Shown: positions 1 to 9,561 of the stretch, piece after piece | How positions within the stretch are numbered: the stretch's first letter is position 1 | Layout of the letters: every line of letters starts with the position of its first letter | Source of the DNA: Armatimonadia bacterium | GTDB taxonomy: Bacteria; Armatimonadota; Zipacnadia; Zipacnadales; UBA11051 | Length of the DNA: 15,436 bases | Direction of reading: 5' to 3' | Assembly (NCBI GenBank): GCA_039683575.1 | Contig: JBDKRC010000112.1 | Coordinates: 1-15,436 of the forward strand | The notes under the pieces: model-generated | Told to the model about the DNA's origin: nothing | The model's input: the letters and a program-made list of their open reading frames with translations, nothing else | Databases searched by the model: none | Program-made: the position numbers and the translations under genes

Positions 1-996
1 GGTGCCACCACGACCGTCCCGGCCAGCCTCGTGGACGGCAAGGTTGTCTGCGACTTCAAGACCTTCGACGAGAAGATAAGCTGGGCACTTGGCGAACTCG
101 GCTTCAATGCCTTCTTCCTTGGCCCCATGTTTGGCGGCGGCACCAGCGAAGGCTGGGAGAAACACTCCAAGTGGCTCGGGATGGAGCCACTATCGGACGA
201 CTTCAACCGCCTCTTCCCCGACTACATGCGCCAGGTGGCCGCCCACCTCCGTGAGAAGGGCTGGCTCGACAAAGCGTACCTATATCTCTGGGATGAGCCC
301 GAGCCGGACTACTTCGACAAGGTCGTGGCCCTTCAGAAGCTCGCTCTTCAGGGCGATGCCGGCCTCAAGGTCTGGGAAACCACCAGCCCTGCCTACAAGG
401 AATTCTGGGGCGTGGTGAAGGCTTGGTCAGTACCCTTCGGACGGCCCCACTTCGACGAAAAGAGCGTTGACCTACGCCGGGCTGCCGGCGACGAGATCTG
501 GGTCTACAACATCCCCTGCAGCCTCGAAATCCCGTCGCAGGTACACCGTCTCTGGTTCTGGCAGGCTGCCCGCTACGGCGCCATTGGCGCGCAACTCTGG
601 AACGTTACCTTCTACAACGGCATCGATCCCTGGGAGGAGATCACCCCCAAGCCCTACAAAGTCGGACGTGGGGGCACTCAACTGTTCTACTATGACGCCG
701 GTGCCGCCATCATGCTGTACCCCAACCCACAGGGCGGCCGGCCCTACCCCAGCCTGCGCCTGAAGCTCCTGCAAAAGGGCCTCGACGACTTCGATTACCT
801 CAGCCTTCTCCAGCAACGCCTGCTGGAGTCCGCCAAGAAGCAACGAGCGAAAGACCCCGAGGGAATAGCCCGGGAGCGCACGCGTCAGGAAGCCGCCAAA
901 CTCGTCCGCGACATCGGCAAGTACAACATGGACTGCGATCTGCTCAGCCAGACCCGCGACCAGATAGCGCGGCAGATCGAGACTCTATCCAGGTAA
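1..996 (+). CDS. DUF4091 / glycoside hydrolase family 123-like protein, C-terminal part (5' truncated by window edge)
   Basis: Frame is open from base 1 (GATTTVPASLVDG...). It contains YLYLWDEP, EIWVYN and PSLRLKLLQKGLDDFDYL, which resembles the DUF4091 C-terminal S-x-R-L-x-L-L-x-x-G-x-x-D-x-x-Y-L motif. Stop TAA at 994-996. Confidence 0.7.
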   Translation, partial: GATTTVPASLVDGKVVCDFKTFDEKISWALGELGFNAFFLGPMFGGGTSEGWEKHSKWLGMEPLSDDFNRLFPDYMRQVAAHLREKGWLDKAYLYLWDEPEPDYFDKVVALQKLALQGDAGLKVWETTSPAYKEFWGVVKAWSVPFGRPHFDEKSVDLRRAAGDEIWVYNIPCSLEIPSQVHRLWFWQAARYGAIGAQLWNVTFYNGIDPWEEITPKPYKVGRGGTQLFYYDAGAAIMLYPNPQGGRPYPSLRLKLLQKGLDDFDYLSLLQQRLLESAKKQRAKDPEGIARERTRQEAAKLVRDIGKYNMDCDLLSQTRDQIARQIETLSR

Positions 997-1011
997 TCCG
1001 CTCTGGCAAAG

Positions 1012-1046
1012 AACAGGAGCGGCTCCCTATGGGAGCCGCTCCTGTT
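1012..1046. terminator. Bidirectional intrinsic terminator between convergent genes
   Basis: Perfect 16-bp inverted repeat AACAGGAGCGGCTCCC-TAT-GGGAGCCGCTCCTGTT with A/T-rich flanks, lying between the stops at 996 (+) and 1068 (-). Confidence 0.85.
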
Positions 1047-1067
1047 TGAACTCATCTCTGGCCAACG

Positions 1068-2000
1068 TCACTTATCCTCAGCCGGCCTGGCGGTAGCTGC
1101 GCCGAGCGGCGTAGCTTCCGGTTCCACCTTGATCAGGATCTCAACCTTCGCATCCTTCAGGATCTGATTCCGCTTCTCAGCAGCCAGCGCCGCCAACTGC
1201 CTCATCTCCAGATTGTCCCTCAGCGCCGCCTCAATCTCCGCATATGGCGGAATCCGAGTTTCCTTGTACGCCAGCCGCTTCAGGATATGCCACCCGGCCC
1301 CGGACATCACCGGTGCGCTGAGTTCACCGTTGGTCTTCAGTGCCATCGCGGCCTTCTGCACCGGGCTATCCCCTTCAGGAATGAACCCCAGATCTCCCGC
1401 TCGGTCCTTGGTAGCCGCATGCAGGGAGTACTGCTTCACAGCGTCCTCCCACGTAATCTTACCGGAACGGAGCTCTTCCCGAACCGCCTTCGCCGTGTTC
1501 TCATCCTTCACCAGGATATGCGCCACCTGCACCTGTGCCGGCTCGCGCAGATCTTCCTTGTGCTTCTGGTAGAAGTCGGCCACGTCCTCGTTGGTGACCT
1601 TCACCTGCTTCCCAACCATCTTCTCCAGCAGCATCCAATCATACAGATCAACCAGATGCGACTCGTATGTCAGCCCCCGCTTGAGCAGCCACATCTCATA
1701 CGTCTCCCCCGTCGTCGCCGCCATTGCGTCAATCCTCTGTCGCGCTGCAATCGCCTTCCGCTCAAGATCATCTTTGCTCACAGAGACCCCTGCAGCGGCA
1801 CCGGCCTGCCGGATCGCGGCATCCATGATCAGCGCCTTCATGGCCTGTCCGCCATACCGCGCCTTAAGCACTGACAAGAACTGGTCCTGACTGATCTTCT
1901 GACCATTGACCGTCGCAGCTGCCCCGCCAGCCGCCTGTCCATACGCCAGGGCCGCTGCAGCGATTGCTGCTACCAGCACGGCAGTCCTCAAAATGCGCAT
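1068..2000 (-). CDS. PrsA/SurA-like parvulin (PpiC-type) peptidyl-prolyl isomerase / foldase, exported
   Basis: Sec-type N-terminus MRILRTAVLVAAIAAAALAYG, then ATVNGQKIS, and parvulin motifs VAHILVKDE, GDLGFI and GWHILK. SD-like GGAAAGGA upstream. Confidence 0.9.
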   Translation of the reverse strand: MRILRTAVLVAAIAAAALAYGQAAGGAAATVNGQKISQDQFLSVLKARYGGQAMKALIMDAAIRQAGAAAGVSVSKDDLERKAIAARQRIDAMAATTGETYEMWLLKRGLTYESHLVDLYDWMLLEKMVGKQVKVTNEDVADFYQKHKEDLREPAQVQVAHILVKDENTAKAVREELRSGKITWEDAVKQYSLHAATKDRAGDLGFIPEGDSPVQKAAMALKTNGELSAPVMSGAGWHILKRLAYKETRIPPYAEIEAALRDNLEMRQLAALAAEKRNQILKDAKVEILIKVEPEATPLGAATARPAEDK

Positions 2001-2025
2001 CGTCGTTTCCTTTCCGCGTCGTAGA

Positions 2026-3165
2026 CTACTTCTCTGCTACTCGCAGCCACGCCTTGCCGTCCTTGACCTGCAGCGTCGTCCCCAATGGCTTTGAAATCTT
2101 CGTCAACCGGGCCAGAATTCTGTCTCGCCGCGCCGCTTCCGGATAGATCGGTCCCATTCGCGACCGCGGGATCCAGACTGGCTTGGCAAAGATCTGCCAG
2201 CCCCACCCCTGCACCCATTCCAGATGGAAGATAGCGCTCTCCATCCGTTCGCCCTCACGCTGATCGAAGACGAAGTTCCCCATGGAGTACAGTATCGGCT
2301 TGCCCTGATATACCTCAACGCCTTGGAGCGTATGTGGGTGGTGCCCCAGTACCAAGTCCGCCCCGGCGCGTACAGCAGCATGGGCCGTATTGCGTTGTCG
2401 CTGGTTCGGCAGTGACTGATACTCATCGCCCCAGTGGAACGAGACACACAGTATGTCGCACAGCGGCCTTGCCGCCTGTATCTGCGCTATCAGGTTCGCC
2501 CGGTCGGGGTCCACCTTATTGTACGACCCGTGGCCAAAACTGAGATCCGTCGCCGCTATGAACCCGACGGTAACCGGCCCCCGCCCCACTTTGAGATAGG
2601 TGGCCTCTCCCCCCTTAGTCCTGTCACGTCGCGCCCCGCAATACGGGATGCCCTGCTTGTCCAGTACCTCCAGCGTCTGTAGAACACCCTCCCGCCCGGC
2701 ATTCAGGGAGTGGTTGTTGGCCAGTGAGAGGATGTCAAACCCACCATCCTTCACCACCGCCACCGTCTCCGGGCGCGCCCTGAACACGCAATCCTTGGGC
2801 GCATGCGGGCCGCTCGTGGACAGCGGGCACTCAAGGTTGGCAAAGCTGACATCCGCTGACCGCGTCAGCTCGCGCACCTTCTCGAGTATGCTAAGCGACC
2901 CATTGCGCCGGATCGCGTCGCCTACATTGCGGTCTGTCATCATGTCGCCGACCGCAATCATGGTGAACTGCTTCTTGTCTGACTGCGCTTGTGGTGTGGG
3001 CTCGGCCGCCGCCGCCACCGTAAGCCCTGTCGGCGAGGCCGCCGGCCTCACCAGGGCACCCAGCGCTCCCGCCAGGACCACTACGGCCACAAACACCACC
3101 AAGACTGGCAACAATCGCCTCATGGGTCTGTTAGACCCCTGGTCCTGCGGGAGGTTCCTGTTCAT
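2026..3165 (-). CDS. CapA / poly-gamma-glutamate synthesis family metallophosphoesterase, membrane anchored
   Basis: Motifs VGDMM, ANLECP, SLANNHSLN, SFHWGDEY, GADLVLGHHPH and YSMGNFVFDQ, plus an N-terminal hydrophobic helix. Start placed at ATG 3165 (GGGAG upstream; 3123 is an alternative) because the ORF-track start at 3222 lies inside the -10 box. Confidence 0.9.
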   Translation of the reverse strand: MNRNLPQDQGSNRPMRRLLPVLVVFVAVVVLAGALGALVRPAASPTGLTVAAAAEPTPQAQSDKKQFTMIAVGDMMTDRNVGDAIRRNGSLSILEKVRELTRSADVSFANLECPLSTSGPHAPKDCVFRARPETVAVVKDGGFDILSLANNHSLNAGREGVLQTLEVLDKQGIPYCGARRDRTKGGEATYLKVGRGPVTVGFIAATDLSFGHGSYNKVDPDRANLIAQIQAARPLCDILCVSFHWGDEYQSLPNQRQRNTAHAAVRAGADLVLGHHPHTLQGVEVYQGKPILYSMGNFVFDQREGERMESAIFHLEWVQGWGWQIFAKPVWIPRSRMGPIYPEAARRDRILARLTKISKPLGTTLQVKDGKAWLRVAEK

Positions 3166-3217
3166 CCTGTCACACACTCCCTGGTGGAAGATGGTGGGAA
3201 AACGCAGCCTCAGCAGC

Positions 3218-3247
3218 ATCATAGGTCACGCAACAAGCCAGTGTCAA
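3218..3247 (-). promoter_or_regulatory. sigma70-type promoter for the capA-PPIase pair
   Basis: Minus strand TTGACA (3247-3242), 18 nt, TATGAT (3223-3218). Confidence 0.7.
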
Positions 3248-3319
3248 CGCACACACTTCTCACGCTTGGTCGCCAGACCGCCCGGTCGCTGTCCGGCCGA
3301 CCGTGCCGTCTGGGCCAGC

Positions 3320-3348
3320 TTGACGCTCCAAGAACCCCATGTTATCAT
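3320..3348 (+). promoter_or_regulatory. sigma70-type extended -10 promoter for moxR
   Basis: TTGACG (3320-3325), 17 nt, TG-n-TATCAT (3343-3348), ending 6 nt before the GTG at 3355. Confidence 0.7.
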
Positions 3349-3354
3349 CGCCGC

Positions 3355-4386
<1,032 letters not shown>

Positions 4387-4408
4387 AAAGCACGAGCACA
4401 AGCACGAC

Positions 4409-4440
4409 AAGCCGGGCGTCAACTGACGCCCGGCTTTTGT
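4409..4440. terminator. Intrinsic terminator after moxR, probably also serving the convergent rpsR
   Basis: AAGCCGGGCGTC-AACT-GACGCCCGGCTT hairpin followed by TTGT. Confidence 0.8.
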
Positions 4441-4501
4441 CATCCTCGGGTAAGACCCTTGCCATCCGGAGGCCCGGATTACTATCCGGAGACCCGGCTT
4501 C

Positions 4502-4759
4502 CTAGCCGGAGGTGTACGGAAGAAGCGCAATCTCGCGAGCGCGCTTGATCGCCCCGGCCAGCCGGTTCTGGTGCCGCCGGCACGTGCCCGTTTGCCGGGC
4601 CTTGCGGATGCGCTTGCGGTCATCTATGAACTGCTCGAGCATACGCACGTTCTTGTAGTCAATGACGCGAGCCTGCGGCTCTACGCAAAAGATGCAGACC
4701 TTCTTCTTGCGACGCCGCATCCCGCCGCGTTCGCCTCTGCCGCCGTAATCGTTCGCCAC
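4502..4759 (-). CDS. rpsR: 30S ribosomal protein S18, Zn-binding (C+) type
   Basis: RRRKKKVCIFC, IDYKNV, QTGTCRRHQ and AIKRAREIALLPY are S18 signatures. GTG start at 4759 follows GGAAGGA; 85 aa. Confidence 0.95.
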   Translation of the reverse strand: MANDYGGRGERGGMRRRKKKVCIFCVEPQARVIDYKNVRMLEQFIDDRKRIRKARQTGTCRRHQNRLAGAIKRAREIALLPYTSG

Positions 4760-4827
4760 GAATGCAACATTCCTTCCCACGAGCGGGCCTGGTGAAAGCT
4801 TGCGCCGCTCGGCAACTTGAGGCACAA

Positions 4828-4856
4828 ACTATAGCAGATTAGCCCGGGATGGTCAA
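4828..4856 (-). promoter_or_regulatory. sigma70-type extended -10 promoter for rpsR
   Basis: Minus strand TTGACC (4856-4851), 17 nt, TG-c-TATAGT (4833-4828). Confidence 0.75.
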
Positions 4857-4882
4857 CTAACACGACCTCTGTTTGGGTACAT

Positions 4883-5917
4883 CTATTCTTTGACCAGCGG
4901 CAGATCGATCTTGGCCCCGCCGTTCGCCACCGACATATCCAGCGCCAGGCAGACCTCGTGGGTCTTCACAGCATCCTCGATATCCACCTCGGGCCGCACA
5001 TCCTTGATGATGCAGTCGATCATGTGGTTGATCTCGCCCTCAAACGGGTGGTGCGCCACATCGCCGCTGTTCGGCGTGATCGCCGGCACTTCCGTCCAGT
5101 CATTGGCGTGGGGAGCCAGCACCTTCGACCACAGCAAGTTGTCGCGCACCGTCCCCTTGTCGCCCATGATGTCCACATTGAACTGGTACGGCATGATGCA
5201 GTCAACCGAGCAGGACAGCTTCCCCACTGCACCGTTGCTCCACGTCACGGCCCCGACCACCGTCGCCGGGTATTCATAGCGCTTGTCCCAGCCGCCGCCA
5301 AAGGCCGCTACCGACGTGACCTCCAGGCCCGTAATCCAGCGCACGGCATCCACTGCATGGCATCCGCCGAACAGGAAGCTGCTACCGCCCTCGGCCTTCG
5401 TCTTGGCCCATTCCCAGCCGCTATACCAGTCAGACACGCCATGCCAGTAGTCGCCCTCGACGTAGAAGATGTTGCCAATGGCGCCGCTCTGCACCAGGTT
5501 CCGGGCGTTCATGAGCGAGGGACACCAGTGCAGGACGAAGCTGACCACTGTCTTCACCCCGGCCTCACGCACCGCGTCGCGCAGCGCCTTCACGCCCGCG
5601 ACATCCAGCGCCATCGGCTTTTCCATGATGAAGTGCTTCCCGGCCGCCGCGGCCTGCACGCCATTCTCAACGTGATGCTGGTTTGGCGTGCAAATCGACA
5701 GGCACTGCACCCGCTCATCCTTGAGAAGCTCGCTGTAGTCAGTATAGATCGAGCAGCCTGAGGCGCCGCATTTGTCCGCCGCCCGCCGCGCCGAAGTCTC
5801 CTTGCGGCTTCCCACTGCGACTACTTCACAATTGGGATTCGCCATATAAGCGTTCAAGTGCTCGTCGGCAACCCAACCCGCGCCCCAGATCGCGCAGCCA
5901 ATCTTCTGATCAGACAT
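4883..5917 (-). CDS. Gfo/Idh/MocA-family NAD(P)-dependent oxidoreductase
   Basis: Rossmann motif IWGAGWVA, ICTPNQHH, GKHFIMEKP and GGSSFLFGGCHAVD. ATG at 5917 follows GGGAGG. Confidence 0.92.
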   Translation of the reverse strand: MSDQKIGCAIWGAGWVADEHLNAYMANPNCEVVAVGSRKETSARRAADKCGASGCSIYTDYSELLKDERVQCLSICTPNQHHVENGVQAAAAGKHFIMEKPMALDVAGVKALRDAVREAGVKTVVSFVLHWCPSLMNARNLVQSGAIGNIFYVEGDYWHGVSDWYSGWEWAKTKAEGGSSFLFGGCHAVDAVRWITGLEVTSVAAFGGGWDKRYEYPATVVGAVTWSNGAVGKLSCSVDCIMPYQFNVDIMGDKGTVRDNLLWSKVLAPHANDWTEVPAITPNSGDVAHHPFEGEINHMIDCIIKDVRPEVDIEDAVKTHEVCLALDMSVANGGAKIDLPLVKE

Positions 5918-6006
5918 CAAACGCACCTCCCGGTATGATCACCGCAGTCATCTCGTGCAAAAGCGCCTGTCTTCTCTGCTACACACCGTACCTCATCCAG
6001 GGCTTG

Positions 6007-6462
6007 TTAGCCCTGCGCCTTCTCCGCCTCGGCCTTGATCGCCGTGAGCATGTTGTCGCAGTTCTCCTGCATCTTGCGCAGCAACAGTCCCTTGATCAAG
6101 TTCCCGATCAGCGGCACATCGTACTCATATTCCAGTTCCAGCACCACTGTGGTCCCCGCGTCGCTCTCGCAGAAGCTCCACGTGCCCTGGTAGACCGCAA
6201 AGTCTCCCTCCACCTGGGAGAAGCGGCACTCATGCTCTACCTCGTCCCAGTAGTCCTCTTCCGTCCACGTGATGGTCCGTTTGAACTCCTTCACGATGCC
6301 GACCCAGCGGCTTATCTGCCGTCCCCCCTCCTCCTCCTGCTCCATGATCTCGACTTCCTGCACATCCGGCATGAACTCCGGAAAGGCCTCAATGTTCCTC
6401 GCCAGAGCAAACACTCGGTCCAAGGGTGCTGCCACGTCTACAACTGCTTTAACTACAGGCAT
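6007..6462 (-). CDS. SRPBCC/START-domain (polyketide cyclase/dehydrase, Coq10-like) protein
   Basis: VAAPLDRVFALARNIEAFPEFMPDV and FSQVEGDFAVYQGTWSF; 151 aa; GGAG upstream within the end of the DUF951 gene. Confidence 0.85.
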   Translation of the reverse strand: MPVVKAVVDVAAPLDRVFALARNIEAFPEFMPDVQEVEIMEQEEEGGRQISRWVGIVKEFKRTITWTEEDYWDEVEHECRFSQVEGDFAVYQGTWSFCESDAGTTVVLELEYEYDVPLIGNLIKGLLLRKMQENCDNMLTAIKAEAEKAQG

Positions 6463-6464
6463 TG

Positions 6465-6674
6465 TCACTCTCCGCTCTCGTTTTGCCGCCCCAAAACCCT
6501 GCGCAAGCGCCGCTCAAGCACTGGCCGCGTCAAGACCACGAACCGCCCGCACTCAACACAACGCAACTTGATGTCCATTCCCAACCTGATGATCTCCCAC
6601 TGGTTGGCGCCGCATGGATGTGGCTTCTTCAGCTCAACATGCAGCCCCGGCTCAAGCTTTACCGGCGTCTGCAT
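6465..6674 (-). CDS. DUF951 domain protein (YyzM-like)
   Basis: VELKKPHPCGANQWEIIRLGMDIKLRCVECGR is the DUF951 signature. ATG at 6674 follows AAGGAG and overlaps the kinase 3' end by 23 nt. Confidence 0.9.
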   Translation of the reverse strand: MQTPVKLEPGLHVELKKPHPCGANQWEIIRLGMDIKLRCVECGRFVVLTRPVLERRLRRVLGRQNESGE

Positions 6675-9522
6675 TTGCCCTAGTCTCCTTGTCCTGCCCA
6701 CGGTACACCGGGACGGTGAAGTAGAAGGTACTCCCCTTCCCGGGCGTGCTCTCCAGCCAAATCCGCCCGCCATGCGCCTCAATGAGCGCCTTGCAGACAA
6801 ACAACCCGAGCCCGGTGCCGCTGATCCGCCTCTGATCCGCCTGCGCTCGGGCAAAGCGCTGGAACAGCCGGCCTCGCTCTTCTTCCGATATCCCCAGGCC
6901 CATGTCTGCCACCGAGAACTGCATCATATCGCCCTGCTGCTCCGCCCGGATCGAGATGAGGCCGCCATCAGGGGAGTACTTGATCGCGTTGTTGACGAGA
7001 TTGATGAAGACTTCCTCGACCTTCCCACGGTCCGCCCACAGCGACGGAAGCTGAAGCGGCATATCAAGCGAGATCTCATGGTCTCGGCTGGCCCGCGCCT
7101 CGATATTGACTACCTCTTCAACGAAACCTCGCACATTGGTGATCTCATGCCAAAGCATGTCCAGCGGACGTCCCTGCTCGATCCGCGATACGTTAAGGAA
7201 ATCCTCAACCATATGCTTCATGCGAATCATCTGCCGGTCAATCGCCGCCGCCATGTCCTGCGCTTCGTCGATCTTCTGCTCCTTCAGCTTCTCTTTGAGC
7301 ATATGCCCGTACAGGCCGATGGAAGTCAGTGGCGTCTTCAACTCATGCGAGACAAACGAGACCAAGTCCGTCTTCATCTGGTCAAGCTGCTTGAAGTGCG
7401 TCACATCGGTCAGCACCGCGCACTTGCCGGCCTGCTCGCCCGCCGCCCCCTCGATCATCGCCACGGTCACCCGCACAACCTGTCCATCCTCTCCCCCGAG
7501 CCGCACTTCTTCGCTCACCGATGGTGCTTCCTGGCTCAGAGGAAGCGAGAACAGAGCCGCAATCTGTGGCTGTGCTACTACCACTTCCAGCCGTTCACCC
7601 TCCACCTCGCGCCCCTGCAGCCCCAACATCCTCCTCGCCACCGAATTCACCAGGACGATCTTGCCGGTCCCGTCAACCGACATCACGCCATCCACCATCT
7701 CCTCCACCAGTGTCTCTATCCGGGCCTTCTGCGCCCGCAACTCTCGCATCGCCGCTAGCAGTTCGGCGTTGGCATAGTCGACCCGGTCCTGCAGCACGCC
7801 ATAGAGCCGCGCGTTCTCCAGAAACATCGAAGCCTGTTGGGCAATCACCGTCAAAAGTGATGCGTCATGTAGAGTGAAATCGGCATTATGCCGCTTGTTC
7901 ATCGCCTCGATGACACCGATGACCTTGCCGTGCAGCGTCATCGGCACGCACAACACTTTCTCAAGCTGGTAGTCAATCGCCCTGGCGATATCTTGGTTCT
8001 TGCGCGGGTCTTGCCGGGCGTTGTTGATGATGATCGGCTCACCGCTCTTGGCCACCAACCCCACAATCCCCTCGCCGATCTCGAGCGTGAAGTCCTTTGC
8101 CTGGTCCCCCTTGGGCCCAAGCGCTACCTCAAACCGCAGCCGGTTTGTCTTCTCATCCAGGAGCAGCAGCGAACACGCTTCGACGTCCAGTTCGTCCTCA
8201 ACCCAGTGCATGGTCTGATCAAGCAACTGCTGACGATCGAGGCTGCTGTCAATCAACTTTCCAATGCCCGCGATGGCACCCAGCCGCGACTGCAGCCGCA
8301 GTTCCGCCTGGACTTTGTCCTGATCGGAAATGCCTGCCTGCCGCGCCAGCAGCGTCGCGCCGGTCAGCAGCACTCCCAGCAGCGCGCCTGACCACGAGGT
8401 CCAGATCCCGTGTCGGAAGAGCGCGAAAAGCGCGATCCAGACCACCACCGCCAGAATTGCCGTAATCAAAGCCGCGACACCGATGTTGCGGCCGGTAACG
8501 GCAATACCAGTCAGCAAGCACAGCGCCAGGACTATGACCAGCCAGACCAAAGCTGGCATCGGCCGCAGGTAATCGCCCCGGAGCAAGTTGCCCAGGGCAT
8601 TCGCCTGCACTTCCAGTCCCGGCAGCCGGGCCGCTGTCGGCGTCCGCAGGAAGACAGCGGTCTCACCATGCACGGGGCCGATGAGAACGTACTTGTCCCC
8701 AAAGCGCTCTTTGAGTTCCTCTCCACTCATCTCCAGGACACTGTAGAACGGCACCTGCGGATAGCACCTATACCCGCCGGCATAGTTGACCAGCATCTCG
8801 CCCGTGCTCAACGTCGGTATTCGCGCCTCGCCCATGGCCACGCCCGTCCCAGCCCAATTGGCACTGCGCGCTGGAAGCTTTTGTCCCACCCGCAGTGCCT
8901 CCAGCGCAAGTGACGGGAACACACTGTTCTTGTAGTTCACCAGCAGCGGAACCGACCGGACCACGCCATCGAGGTCTGGGTAGATGCTGATGCAGCCGAT
9001 GCCGCGTGCCTCCCGCAGCAATTCCACCGGGGCCACCGAAAGGTGCATCTGCTCAAGCGGCAGTTGCGGCAGTCCCCCTGCCTCCAGAGCAACACCCCCA
9101 AGCACTTCCATTACCTCGCGCCGCTCTCCCTCACCCTCGACCACTGCCAGTGACAGTACAATCGGCGAGTCCCGAAGCACCTGCGCGAGATCAGTCATCA
9201 GCCCGCTCTGCGGCGCGGCCAGGACCTCATCCCACTCCGGCACGTCCAGCGCGATGGCCGACGGCCGCGCACCGTTGATCCGCCGCAGAGCCTCCGCCCA
9301 CACCGCTTCACTCCAGGGCAGCGGCCGCAGATGATCTTCGCTGGGCCTGTCCACGGTCACCATCACCACGTGTGGCTCCGGCGGCAGTTCCCCGCGCAGC
9401 CGAAAAGCCAGGCTGCCCAGCCAGTTGTCGAGGCCGTTCAGCCACTGCAAAATGCCCAGTAGCGCCAGGAGGCCAAAGATGACCAGCCCGAAGCGAATTC
9501 CGGTGAGGCAGTTGCTTCTCAG
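6652..9522 (-). CDS. CHASE2-TM-GAF-PAS sensor histidine kinase (HisKA + HATPase_c)
   Basis: CHASE2 motifs (VVMVTVD, PDLDGVVRSVPL, PSLALEA, GKYVLIG-like, PGLEVQANAL), three TM helices, GAF (CVPM...VIGVIEAMNK), PAS (MVDGVMSVD...IVLVN), H-box SHELKTPL, N-box NLVNNAIKYS and G-boxes DMGLGI/GTGLGL. Start extended to CTG 9522 (see findings); the ORF track gives TTG 9450. Confidence 0.92.
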   Translation of the reverse strand: MRSNCLTGIRFGLVIFGLLALLGILQWLNGLDNWLGSLAFRLRGELPPEPHVVMVTVDRPSEDHLRPLPWSEAVWAEALRRINGARPSAIALDVPEWDEVLAAPQSGLMTDLAQVLRDSPIVLSLAVVEGEGERREVMEVLGGVALEAGGLPQLPLEQMHLSVAPVELLREARGIGCISIYPDLDGVVRSVPLLVNYKNSVFPSLALEALRVGQKLPARSANWAGTGVAMGEARIPTLSTGEMLVNYAGGYRCYPQVPFYSVLEMSGEELKERFGDKYVLIGPVHGETAVFLRTPTAARLPGLEVQANALGNLLRGDYLRPMPALVWLVIVLALCLLTGIAVTGRNIGVAALITAILAVVVWIALFALFRHGIWTSWSGALLGVLLTGATLLARQAGISDQDKVQAELRLQSRLGAIAGIGKLIDSSLDRQQLLDQTMHWVEDELDVEACSLLLLDEKTNRLRFEVALGPKGDQAKDFTLEIGEGIVGLVAKSGEPIIINNARQDPRKNQDIARAIDYQLEKVLCVPMTLHGKVIGVIEAMNKRHNADFTLHDASLLTVIAQQASMFLENARLYGVLQDRVDYANAELLAAMRELRAQKARIETLVEEMVDGVMSVDGTGKIVLVNSVARRMLGLQGREVEGERLEVVVAQPQIAALFSLPLSQEAPSVSEEVRLGGEDGQVVRVTVAMIEGAAGEQAGKCAVLTDVTHFKQLDQMKTDLVSFVSHELKTPLTSIGLYGHMLKEKLKEQKIDEAQDMAAAIDRQMIRMKHMVEDFLNVSRIEQGRPLDMLWHEITNVRGFVEEVVNIEARASRDHEISLDMPLQLPSLWADRGKVEEVFINLVNNAIKYSPDGGLISIRAEQQGDMMQFSVADMGLGISEEERGRLFQRFARAQADQRRISGTGLGLFVCKALIEAHGGRIWLESTPGKGSTFYFTVPVYRGQDKETRANADAGKA

Positions 9523-9561
9523 CGATCTTCCTCCGCTATCACACCCGTGACAGCCCTTCTG

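Noticed and set aside
2026-3165. Poly-gamma-glutamate capsule locus
   Set aside because: No capB/capC (pgsB/pgsC) nearby; lone CapA-domain genes are common.
2989-3354. 122-aa N-terminal extension of MoxR
   Set aside because: It overlaps capA on the opposite strand and spans both promoters; low-complexity translation.
4390-4408. GCAC(G/A)A triple short repeat
   Set aside because: Only three 6-nt units next to the terminator; too short to interpret.
5935-7758. 607-aa plus-strand ORF
   Set aside because: Antisense shadow of the SRPBCC, DUF951 and kinase genes with no recognisable domain; expected in high-GC DNA.
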